From Ostrea edulis (lineage: Eukaryota), in the NCBI RefSeq assembly GCF_947568905.1, contig NC_079166.1, forward strand, positions 20,646,001 through 20,710,000: a DNA stretch of 64,000 bases, read 5' to 3'. The position numbers and the translations under genes were made by a program. The notes under the pieces are model-generated. The model saw only the letters and a list, made by a program, of their open reading frames with translations. It made no database searches and was not told the DNA's origin. Below are positions 24,723 to 36,425 of this stretch, piece after piece. Every line of letters starts with the position of its first letter. Positions within the stretch are counted from its first letter, which is position 1.

Positions 24723-24903
24723 AAAATGTGAAGATAACAATCCAATCTCATAACTCCTATATGGAATACAAAATAGAAAGTTTGGCAGACATGGACCCCA
24801 GGATATACCAGATGTGGGATTAGGTACCCAGGAGGAGTAAGCATCCCCTGTCGATTAGTCACACCCGCCATGTGCAATGTATCTTGATAAGGGAAACGGA
24901 GTA
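24723..24903 (-). mobile_element. Penelope-like 3' repeat fragment just downstream of the IL-17 pseudogene
   Basis: Matches 40020-40205. Confidence 0.85.
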
Positions 24904-24967
24904 TATTAAACACATGTACATGTACGCGACAAAGGAATTACTTCAACTTTTGTAGCATTGCATACTA

Positions 24968-25505
24968 TCAAATTCTACGAATAAGTCTAACCTGAGTGCA
25001 GTCAACAACCAAGGGAAAGAACTCCTCACGAATTGCAGTACAGCCCACTGTCTTTAAGACTTTGATATACGTATAAACAGGCATGCACCTGTAATGATGA
25101 CAATCAGCAATATTCATTCCACATTGACATGCGCACTTAGCTTCCCATAACATGTCAGGTACCTTATTCTGATCGATATTTCGTACGAAAGTCTATGGAC
25201 AATTTGGAATTTGATTGATAGGTACATGTAGGTAAAACCTAGGGTTGGACTTCATTCTAAAGTTGTCACATTGTGTATGTTCTGTATACACTCCTGTTTG
25301 GGCAGTGTATAGAGTCTCATTCATTACATCGTCGTCTTCGCCTTTTATAAAGGAAAGTGAGATTGGATTACTACTGTCAATATCTAAACACACATCCTGC
25401 TGGACACCACCTACACAGAATTCAAGTTTTTATTTCAATCTGTACATGTCAAATGGAAACAATACATTTCAGAAAATTAAAAAAGGGGTTATATATGAAA
25501 GTACA

Positions 25506-25550
<45 letters not shown>

Positions 25551-25766
25551 AAAAATCATATGTAAAAGAATGCTATTGCTCTGACATATGAATCTTACTA
25601 TCGACCAATACTATTGTGATACCAATCTTACTATCGACCAATACTATTGTGATACCAATCTTACTATCGACTAATACTATTGTGACACCAATCTTACTAT
25701 CGACTAATACTATTGTGATACCATTAGAATAAGATGAAGTTGTTGGTCTTTAATTTTCAATTCCAT
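24968..25766 (-). pseudogene. IL17: IL-17 'A' paralogue, pseudogene (exon 1 25722-25766; exon 2 from 25410)
   Basis: Collinear with 11442-12127. A 7-nt deletion at the start of exon 2 shifts the frame. The TGG of the CPW motif is mutated to TAG at 25193-25195, with the frame continuing into ORF 24968..25153. The C-terminal stop is earlier. Confidence 0.92.
25591..25722. repeat. 33-bp unit x4 containing the exon 1 splice donor
   Basis: aatcttactatcgaccaatactattgtgatacc occurs 4 times; it is single-copy at about 12050-12083. Confidence 0.95.
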
Positions 25767-28616
25767 CTCCTTTGTTTGTGTACAGCAATATTGAACCTAT
25801 TTCATCGACAATATTTGATTCTTTTTATATCAAATAGATTTTACCCAAACGTCCATTATCAATTATAATTCATAGATTAATTACTAATTCGCGGTTTTTC
25901 CCTCCGATATAAAAGATTATCAAATGCATCACGTAACTTCCTCGACGGAAGAATTTGAGCCACTCTGGGCAGATTTTGGACCTAATCAGTATATACTTTT
26001 TTACACATAAAATCTAAAGTTTTGAATATAATTCAATATTCATCTGTCTAATGTTTTTGATTTCCTTTGATATTGTAATGATATTCATTTCCTCATGAAT
26101 GTGGTACTCCGACACAATTGGAAAGAAAATGTAAATATGTAAGAAATTAGTCTCTCTCTCCATGTAAGTTAACTGATGTAAAATATTCTGTTTTGCCATC
26201 CTTAATTATTTTCTATTGTCTTACTATAGCATTGGAGTACTTTACTTTGTTACCTCCAAGAGTGTTGTGTTTGGAATTTCCACTTTCAACGATAAAAGTA
26301 TTACAGTAAAACCTTTTAATTCGTTTCTTGATAGCCATTCAAAACGACTCTCGCGTGTTTGAATTGAACACACGTGTAGGGTGTTTTGTATATGTCTAAT
26401 GAAAAGGTACACGAATTGATTACAGACAAGCCAAGATTGAATAAAAAAGTAAAATCAAATCAATATTTATGTTTTTGTGTAAAACAAGAAATTCACAGAA
26501 TGTTCTCTTTCTTTCTTTCTTTTCTTTCTTTCTTTCTTCATTTATTTATTGCTGAATATCGACCGTAAATGACAAATGCATGCAAACTTTTTAACATTCT
26601 AAGGTTCAATTGTGTACATGAGAAGGCCCAACAAATTTCTCTGATTTAAATGTGTTTGGAATCAAGCTTGATCTGTGTTTTGAATAAGTTAAATACATTC
26701 CAAGTATACTATCTCAACTTAAATCAAAGTTATTTCTAATTTTATAGCATTATTACGTCATGAATAAAAGTTTTCCCGCCTTTTTTCAAAACGAGTTTGA
26801 TAACTGTTAAATTTGAACCAGATTATTGTTTAGGAAAAGGTGTGCCCATCCGTCGAGCAAAAAAAGCAATTAATATATATTGTGTATTAAGAGAAGACGA
26901 AAAATGTATTTGAATATGAATTTGCTCGACGCATGGGCTGTATGTTTTCTGAAAGGAAAACACCCTGAATTTATGAAATTTTTCATTGATTTTAGCATTT
27001 CTGTCAATTTTATGCCAACTTCACACTCCTGTCATACAACACAAAGCAATTTCGAATCAAATTAAACGTAGTTTTGATTTGTTTATATATTCCTTATTTG
27101 AATGCCAGATTTTGGAACCCCTGCAGAAATCATCTACATGTATTTTCTGGGCCAGATGACAGTAGAAACTGTACCTACTTTAATGTAGACATACTACTAT
27201 TTACGATTCCAATGGTTTTCCCTGATATTTTTACAAATTGTAACGATAACGATCTGAAATACTTTCACCATAGTAAACGCATCTACAGTTCAAAGGTCAC
27301 GGGCATGGTGTACCAATTTAGCAGAAATGCGAAATTTGCACATGCAATAAAATATTTTGAATATATAGCGCATATCGCACGTGCTCAATGAATTGCACTT
27401 CAATACAGTGTAATGTATTTACTTTGCCGTATATAGGAATTGATTCTAAGATTAAATACTGGTGAAATGTAGAAAGATCTGAGTGAACTGCAATCAAAGG
27501 CAAATCGTCGTAAAATCAGACGACGACGAAAGAAATAGAAGGTAACATGGTGGTGGTTTTTATTGATTCTATGAATGGATACAAACCAAATTCGTCAGAT
27601 CAAGAAATATATATTTTAATTGTTTTAATTACAAACTTCCGCCATTTTCTCGACATTGTCAGTGGAAATATGATGGATAGCAATTCGTCCTCGCAGTTGA
27701 AACTGTTTTTCTTTTCTCTTTATTTAGCGTGTTTTATGGATATCCATTGACTGATTTCTCAAATGGCCACGACATCTTTTTATTAGAACATTTTTCCCTC
27801 TACGAATGTGGCGCTCACGACTTGTATCCTTTCAATACCGATTTTCATTCCGTGTTACATTTTAACAATTACAAAAGCTAATGTTAACAGATAAGAAGAC
27901 ATGGCAAAAGTATAACTACATATCTGATTCAATAAATTGTATTGTCCAGTATAAAAACCTGACAAAAGGTGCAGTTTCCTTATGCTGTGTACAAATAACC
28001 GTACCGTGTCTGTTTTTTTAAAATTCACATCATAAAATTAGTTAAAGTGAAATAATTATCAGCTCTGTAATATGAAATGAAACATTACATCAGACTTTTC
28101 TGCTTGTGAACTTAAATGTTCCAGAAAATAACTAAATTTCAAGATAGAAATTTCATATCAGGTCAAGAGAAAGTGATCCTTACCTATAAAATAACAGTAT
28201 TTCATTATTTTCCCTTTTGGAATTTAGAAATAAAAATAAATTTTTAAGCATAAGCCATGAAAGCCCTGAGAGAATTTCCAATGGGGTCCTTCGTGATGCT
28301 CAGATATTGGCGCTAAAGGGTCATTATTATTTACAGAAAGTAATGGATATTAAAGAAAACATCAAATGCACTAAACAAGCAAAACAAATAGGTAATTATT
28401 TTAAGTACAGGTTGAATGCAGGTGGAGTTTGATCGCTCAACGACAAGTGCATAAAATCAATTGTTTTAAGATTCGATGTAAGGTATATTCGTGTTTTTCT
28501 TTTTACCAACAACAGTTTCAGTTTTTGTTTTGTTTTGGGGATTTTTCTTTGGGTTGTTTGTTTGTTTTTGACTTCTTAGACAAATGGACGAATTAAAGCT
28601 CAATAGAATTAAAATC

Positions 28617-28657
28617 TGAATAGCGAAATGAAATAGCATTGCTTTATTAAACTAGTT

Positions 28658-28703
<46 letters not shown>

Positions 28704-28760
28704 GCAAGCACAAGACGACTTATATTTATTTAGCGAGCAGTATACAATCCTAGGTAAAAA
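28617..28760 (+). pseudogene. Relic promoter and micro-exon 1 of the IL-17 'B' paralogue (exon 2 deleted)
   Basis: cagtATAcaatccTAG|gtaaaa versus cagtATGcaatgcAAG|gtaaaa. The TATA box is replaced by (TA)n. Intron homology continues to about 30510 and then stops roughly 80 bp before the expected exon 2. Confidence 0.75.
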
Positions 28761-30118
28761 TATTTTAGTTTAAGAAGAAAAGTACGCACTTAAAACACAT
28801 GATAAATAAAAATATTAACTATAAAGTACGCATTTTTCTAAATCTTCATGATAAGGATTGAAATAAAACTAAACATAAAATAGAAGAAGCTTATGTATCC
28901 CGTTTTACATGGGTAATGTCCACACTTAAAACTGTATATCAGTTTCGTTATAATCTGATGATACGTAATTCTGATTGCGACGTTTAGTTTTCTGGTGTAT
29001 CCCAGTGTTAAACATAGGCGGAGCTCAAACTAGGGATGTTACGAAGTTGACTATAATATTGACTATAATTCACGTCTTGCAATGCATACAGTCACGCACA
29101 TATAATCCCGCACGCATGGACATTTGTAACTTCCATATGAAATTGTAACAATATAAACATTTGCCTTAATTTGTATCAGAAACGGTTCATATTAAATTTA
29201 CAATTATTAGTTAACAATTTCACATGTAAATAGTGCACATACCTCCTTGCGCCCATATATCGCACGCACAGCCGTGAGCACGCCAGAACACTTGTTTAAT
29301 GTATTTCTCGCACATGTTACCTCTCAAAGTAGCACGGGACAGTTTCACACAACAGACCCAGTTAACTTTCTTTAAAAATGGAAATACCCCATAATTAAAG
29401 TCATATTGCATGTATAAAATGTATAGAATAATTTTAGGACACATGTCAAATGTAGCTGAGTGGATAATAATGTTGATATACAACATATACATGTAGGTGT
29501 CACCATGATTCCTAGCATATAGATGGATACAAATAAGAAACAAAGACAGATGGTCAGTTGCTGAAGAAATTCCGGTGAAAATATGCATGTTCCAGCAAAA
29601 GGGTTGTAGCTGAGAAGGAAGGTCGATGGCCCCATATGAAAGGTAGATTTTTTAGAAGGGCAGACAAGGTTCTTGATTGTGCGCAGTGTCTAAATCTCCT
29701 CGTTTGGTACTGTGGTGGTGGTGGTGGTGGTGGGGGGGGGGGGGGGGAGTGCGGATTACCCCAAATGAGAGAAAATCGAAGCAAGAAAGGAGCACCTGCT
29801 CAGAGCATGTTTTGTGCACGGCACCAATACGTATAGATAGGGTCATGATTTATCAACTACACACACACAAAAAAAAAAACCCCATAAACAAATAAAATAA
29901 AATAAAATACAAGTATTGACATAAAAGGGAAATATGACTTTTCATTAGTCTGACATAATATGTCTGATGTATACCCACTACCCACATATTTCGGAACAAA
30001 ACCAAGCTGTACCCGGCCACCAACACCAACAGACGGGTTGCAGACTCATAGTTAATTCGTTCATGAAATATTTCACGGAAGTTATTACAAACTTATTACT
30101 GCAGTATTAATATGGCCA

Positions 30119-30271
30119 TTGAGCAGGGAAGGGTCTTTGTCGTGTCACATTTGTTGTGACACGGGACCTCAGTTTTTGCGGTCTCATCCGAAAGACCGCC
30201 CCATTTAGTCGCATCTTACGACAAGCAAGGGGGCACTGAGGATTTATTGTAACCCGGATCCCCACGGGACC
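30119..30271 (-). mobile_element. SINE (Meta-like), 3'-truncated
   Basis: Homologous to the 5' half of 58029-58296. Confidence 0.85.
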
Positions 30272-30717
30272 ATTTTCCCCACCAACACAAAATCAATCGT
30301 ACAGCATAATACTCTTAAAACAATTGTCTCTTTAGTAAACTACCATGGGGACTTCGTAAATATATTGAGTCAGCTGAATAAGTACTTTTTCATTGTATTT
30401 GTTACCCTTTTGAAATAATAGTAACAGTTTTCGTCTACAAATGATTTTTAAGATGAAATGAGTAATAAAGCTATTAACAATTTGTTTTAAGTTAAAGAGA
30501 ACACCTTTATCTTTAAATTATCTATACAGAGAAAAAGGCAAACATAACCAGTTTGAACTTTATTGGCGAGTATTGACCGTGGCATAAAGAAAGAAATTGT
30601 GGGATGCCATTCAATAACAACTCATATGGGCAAATCCACACAAAATGCAACATCAATCAACAAGTTCAGAATTGACCAACCCGAATCAACCGCAAATGAT
30701 TACTTAATCAGAGTATA

Positions 30718-31000
30718 AAAGGCGAAGATAGCGAACAGTGATCAATCGCATAATTCATATAAGCAATGCAAAACAGAGAGTTGGGCAAACACGGGCCCCT
30801 AGATATACCAGAGGTGGGATCGGGTGCCTAGGAGGAGTAGGCATCCCCCTATCGACCGGTAACACCCGCCGTGAGTCCTTTATCTTGATCAGGTAAACGG
30901 AGTTATCCGTAGTCAAAATCAGTGTGCCAAGAACGGCTTAACATGGAAAACTTCAGACAGCATTTGACCCAATGATAGGTTGTATTTGCAAACTAGATCG
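30718..31000 (-). mobile_element. Penelope-like 3' fragment
   Basis: Matches 40020-40310. Confidence 0.9.
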
Positions 31001-32140
31001 ATATGTTAAATTAACCCAATATATAGCTGAATTATGCAATGCGTTATGGTAAAAGCACCCATTTTTACACCAAGTTTCACCAAATCACAGTAACAAATCA
31101 CAGAACAGTTTCAAATTCTCTGGCAACACAATAGATATGGATCAATTTTAGAGTTGTGAAATCAGTTGGGAGTTGTGACAATAGTAATCATTTGACAACA
31201 GTCACAGTTTCACAAATTCAGTCACAGTGCAATTGCACAGAACAGTTTCAAATTTACTGGCAATACACCAATACATATGGACTCAGTTGATTCTTCCTGG
31301 AGGGATCTCAATCACTCGAAATAAAAACAGCATTAAGTCAATCTGCTATATTCCATTTCTTTTTAATAGACACAATATATCAGACACGTATAATAGATTG
31401 CGAAGGGGGGATCTTGGCAATTAATGAAAACTATTATAATGTATAACCCCCCCCCCCCCCCCCTTAAAATATATTTATTCTTTATAGAGTGGTGAATAAG
31501 AACAAAGAAGTATGCAACTCTTGAAATTTAAGACTTGGAGGATGAGCCCCACCCCCTTTCGTTTTAAGCAGTGGAAGCTCGGGGGGGGGGGGGGGGGTTG
31601 AAACAATTCAGTAATAGACTCATAAAACTTCCCTTTCTTTCCCCAATATGAAAGACAATCTAGGCGCCTGTTATGGTGTTTAAGAAAAACCGAGACTCTG
31701 CATGTCTTGCCTGTGAAAGTCTGTTTTTATTATCAAACTATGATTCAACAGGCGGACGCCAGATAGCATGATCCATGCGAGTCAACTATCTACTATATCA
31801 AAGCAGGCGACACATGAAATTATTTTAATAATAATCAATCACCTCTAAATATTTCAAACGAAATCAGCAAACGAAATTCTAACAATTTAGAAGGTAGAAA
31901 GATGATGGTGCATGACTGTGGATCTGTGAATTACCAGTTCCAGCCCAACCGGGTATTTTTTGATGATGCACTATATGTCATCTTAACAGATGAATACGCC
32001 TGAACAATTAAAAGTCACATATCAATTTCATGAAACCACGTTACTGTGCATGCGCTACAACCATACCGGATATGTAACTTGACAATCTACAACCACCCGT
32101 ACTGTATATTGATTGCCTAATATTCTAAAAATCTGAATGT

Positions 32141-34197
32141 TGCTTCCTCCGTACTAACTCATGATTAATGAGGGCTCTGTAAACGCGGAGAGATCACTAA
32201 AACACGTGTTAACTGAACGACATTTAATTCATCTACACAAAAATCAGTTACATCACAATCGACACTGAAGATGTCACATGATACACAAAAATGATATACC
32301 TGTACAAAGAGGGATAACTCTATCTAATTTCGTAACATCTCCCCACTTAAATAAAGTACAATCCCATTAATAGTCAAATATTTCATGCCCTGAAATATAG
32401 AAACTCAAAATTTTCTGTTCCATTCAAAACACGAAAATGATTGTCACCAATTTGACAAACACCATCGTCAAGTAAAACAAACATAACTGTCAAGTTTAGC
32501 TGGTTTGCGGCTAATGCGTCCACTACGAGTGATCACTGGCCGGGACGTGTTACATTTTGCTGGTTGTTCTGCGACTTGAACCTTCTCTGGAGATTTCGGA
32601 ACATTAGACTGCTGATTATATGCGATAGTTCTGTGGTTTCATGCGGTACACCTGTATCGGTCAGTTCATCTGGTACTACCGATGTGAATGAATCATCACT
32701 AGCAGGATTGTTACACCCGGTATACTGCAGATGTCTCCGGTTTCTGAGATACATGTAGTATCCTTTCGGCGTTTCAACAACATAAGATCAGTTGGCATCG
32801 AATAGATACTTTGTCCAAGTCCTGTGTGTTGGTAAGCGAAATGAAGGCCTTATGATCCGTCAATAAATTGAATGATTCTAGTCCAATTAGGTAACGCGAG
32901 AACTTTTAGGACTTCTGCTACTTAAAGCATTCTTTCTCGATCTGCGCGTACTTTAATTCCGCACTACTCAGTTTTCGCGAACAGAAAGCAATCGGTTTAA
33001 GATCGTTGCCTTCCTGTTTGAACAAAGCAGCTCCACGTCCATAACTACTCGCATCAGCACTCACGACAAGTGTGCCACAACTATTCAAATCCACACTCCA
33101 TGCTTCCTCATCATCGTTACATGTAACGGATCCTAAAAATAAAGTATTATCTCACTGACGGACGTCGTGTACACTCGGACGGTTGCAGCATACCGCGACG
33201 TGATCGTATCCGTTACAACGACGACACTGTTTCCCTTTAGCGAAACACCTACCCAGGTTATGACGCAAGTTGCACTTATTACATTTATCCTGATTCTGTC
33301 CTCGACTGCCGCCATGACGTGGACCATGAGAATCGCGAGGCCCTCTGCTACGCTCTCAGTTCCTCACTGAAGCCCTTGGTTGGTTATGACCTTGAGCCTG
33401 TGCTCCTGTACCATTCCTCCGAACTGTTTCAACATGCGAATGTGACAAACTCTGATTTTTGATTTGTCACTTGACTATTTCTGACTGACGTGCCATCTCA
33501 ACCCCCTTTTCTAACGTAAGATCTGCTCTCAGTTGTAACTTCTCCGACATATCCCTGTCTAGTATACCAAGTACTAAGTGATCTCTAATCTGTTCATTTG
33601 AATCTGAAAATCCACAGTTCTCTCCTATCTCGTGCAGGGATCGAACAAAAGTTTCAATACTTTCACCCGATTTCTGAGAACGCTGGTGAAATTTAGCCCT
33701 CTCTTGTATCTGTTTTCTTTTTGTGACGAAATATTCATCAGATTTCTCTAACAATTTGTCATAAACTTTCTCATCTCCCTCGTCAAACACAAACATTTTG
33801 AAAATATGTTCGGCTTCTTTCCCAAGAGCGTAAATTAAAGAACTTATCTGTATCTCGCTGTTCTCCTTGTGCAATTTCGCGCCGATCCTGAAACGTGCAA
33901 AGCGTTGCTTCCAATCCGTCCATTCTGATAGATTATTGAAATTGAAGTTTTCTGGTGAGTTGAATTTTGACATTGCGATCTTGACACTTCTTGCACCATG
34001 CTTCGTCCATACTAACTCATGATTAATGAGGGTTCTGTGAGCGCGGGGAGATCACTAATGCACGTGTTAACTGAACGACATTTAATTCATCTACACATGT
34101 AAATCAGTTGCATCACAATCTACACTAAATATGTCACATGATTCACAAAACTGATACACGTGTACAAAGAGGGATAACTCTAACTAATTTCGTAACA
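32141..34197 (-). mobile_element. Internally deleted Ty3/Gypsy LTR retrotransposon (2057 bp)
   Basis: LTRs at 33999-34197 and 32141-32337 (TG...CA, roughly 90% identical by eye). PBS TGGTGCAAGAAGTG at 33985-33998. PPT AAGTGGGGAGA at 32338-32348. Contains gag, zinc knuckles, RNase H 'DASSYG..A.L.Q...[22 protein letters not shown]' and an integrase tail 'RNRRHL...TRSGRISRKP'. No clear TSD. Confidence 0.95.
33467..33973 (-). pseudogene. gag: Gypsy gag remnant
   Basis: MSKFNSPENFNF...W..WKQRF.RFRI...LIYALGKEAEHIF...ERAKFHQRSQ..GESIETFV..L is typical of Gypsy gag. It starts 11 nt after the PBS. Confidence 0.9.
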
Positions 34198-36312
34198 AAT
34201 AAATAGATGATTAGTTTTATGATATCGATCAACTAGATTTTTTTAACAGATGCCATAATACAATGGCTACCACAAAAAGATACTTCTCAAATTATTTCTC
34301 CGACTGCTCTTGTTGAAGGCAGCATCAGAAAGGAGGCCGATCCCGATGTGATGCACATTTATACTTATTCATTATTGCTCCAATATCCAGTACCGGAATT
34401 TAATGCATGTATTTCTTGTAAAATAAAGGCATCCATTTTGTATGCAAAATAGGTGCTCGTATTAACAACAAAGTCCCCCTCTGCGTCTTTTAATAGATGA
34501 TTTCTATGCAAAAATTTAAAAGACATACTTTGTGTATTCAAAAATTGTCATCTAGAATTGTTAAGTAGGGGTGGAATGCATGGGGTTGATTTTATGAGAA
34601 TAGCAACATTGATTTATGAAACCAGCAGATAAAGCGCAATAACTCCAGATTCTTTGTCAACTAAAACCTTTTACTTTGAGCATATGCATATACATAGTTT
34701 ATCATGCTGAATACTGAGAAAGGTGTGCTGGTATTTTTGGTTTATTGTTTCTGATATAGGTAACGATGTAAATAGAATCCTAGTAATGATGGGTATTTTC
34801 GTATCAGAATACATTGTGATATTCTAAACTGTATTACATTAGAATATCTAAAATGATAAAATAAGCTAGAAACAAGAACAGCTACTGATTTTGAACAATT
34901 GATGTTTCATTTGCAGTTAAGAGAAAAAACCTATTAGAAAGAAAATGAAAAACAAAATCATCTATAAAATGGTAAAATTTTGCTTGAAAACATATTCGTC
35001 GGAAAATTTAAGGACACAACGCATAAATGTTATCTTATGCTTTTAATGTACGTTTCATATGCACAATTGATTGTTCACATACTGTTCGTATATTGTTAGA
35101 CAAAAATCGACGTAATATGCATCTAATTCAATAATATTCTATGATATTCAGTATACATTAGAGACCTTTATTCAATTATTTAATACATTATATTCATACA
35201 CACTGATAATGATAAAGTCAATTCAGACATAATTGTCATCGAGATCGAGAACTTTATGTTTTTACGTAATGTTAAATGGTATAAGAAATATTGCATTCCT
35301 TATCATCGTTCTTACCGGGATAGCGGGTACCGCTTGTGTCTAAAGGAAAATGACTCGTACAAGAACTGCCACGCTTTCCCCCTTCAATCAACCGTAAGTT
35401 TCATGATGTCAAGAAAATTGATAATTGATATGTTTTAGTACTGTTTTCATTTTCTTCAATTTTTCATGCATAATGAAACTGACGGGAAATTGTGGATTTA
35501 TTGTGACATTCATGAAAGGTGAAGATAATGGACAGTGATCAATCTGATAAATCGTATAATCAATAATAAATAGAGTTGGACAAACACGTCTTTCTGGCAT
35601 TGTTATATTTGCCTCAATTCTAAACCTAAACAACTATTCGCATATTACGCAATCATTTTTGCTTGAAAAAATCATGAACACCTCTTCTGTCATGTTTCAA
35701 TTGCCTGGCCGATGTTCACACTTTCTGAAAGAAGTCACAATTTGTTAATTCTACATGTGTAAATACCCGGACTAGCTGACCTATATTGTTCTTTTTGAAA
35801 GAAATACCTTGGAATGCGCATAGAATATACAAATCACACACAACTCGGTCTTTGAATCAACCAGACAATTCCGATAAACAATTTTGATGAAAATATTTTT
35901 ATTGAAAAATGAAAGGTGATCAAACAAGTATAACAAGGCAAATTATTCCTATGTATAACAGAAAGAAAGAACCAACTACCGAGGGCAAAGATTTATCGTG
36001 TCTCCGGATGATAGTATATGTATCAAGGATGTTCAAATTGCTTTGACGGCTACGAATGTGTCGGATTTTGGTCTGTCTGATGGGTTTACAATCAATAGTT
36101 TGTTTTAATTTCTGTAAAAAAAAATTAACCGTTAAAAGTCCACCGTAGAGAAATTTTAGAATGTTTGCTCGAATTCCCAACAACAACCACATGTCCCAGA
36201 TCCAACACCGAAATGACTTGCTTGTTTTGCACGGTCTTTAACTTATTAAGGGAATGATTTGAACGGTATTAACGTTTCTATGTCTGTGTTCGTGTACGGA
36301 ATGCTTCTGGCA

Positions 36313-36425
36313 CGAAACGATTTCCACGAAACGCTGAATTGTTTGCATGGAACGGTGAACGATTTCCACGGAACGGGGAACGGATTGTACGGAACGGTGA
36401 ACGGTTTGCATGGAACGAAACGGAA
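36313..36425. repeat. 21-bp degenerate minisatellite, about 5 copies
   Basis: Unit ~cacggaacggtgaacgatttc. Confidence 0.8.

Noticed and set aside
25396-25410. Cryptic CAGCAG acceptors that would restore the frame of the IL-17 pseudogene
   Set aside because: The TAG replacing Trp in the CPW motif (25193-25195) would still truncate the protein before the IL-17 domain.
29554-29895. Poly-Pro/Gly/His/Trp ORFs (also 146..418, 4079..4458, 14760..14951, 25245..25565)
   Set aside because: They are produced by microsatellites and homopolymer runs.
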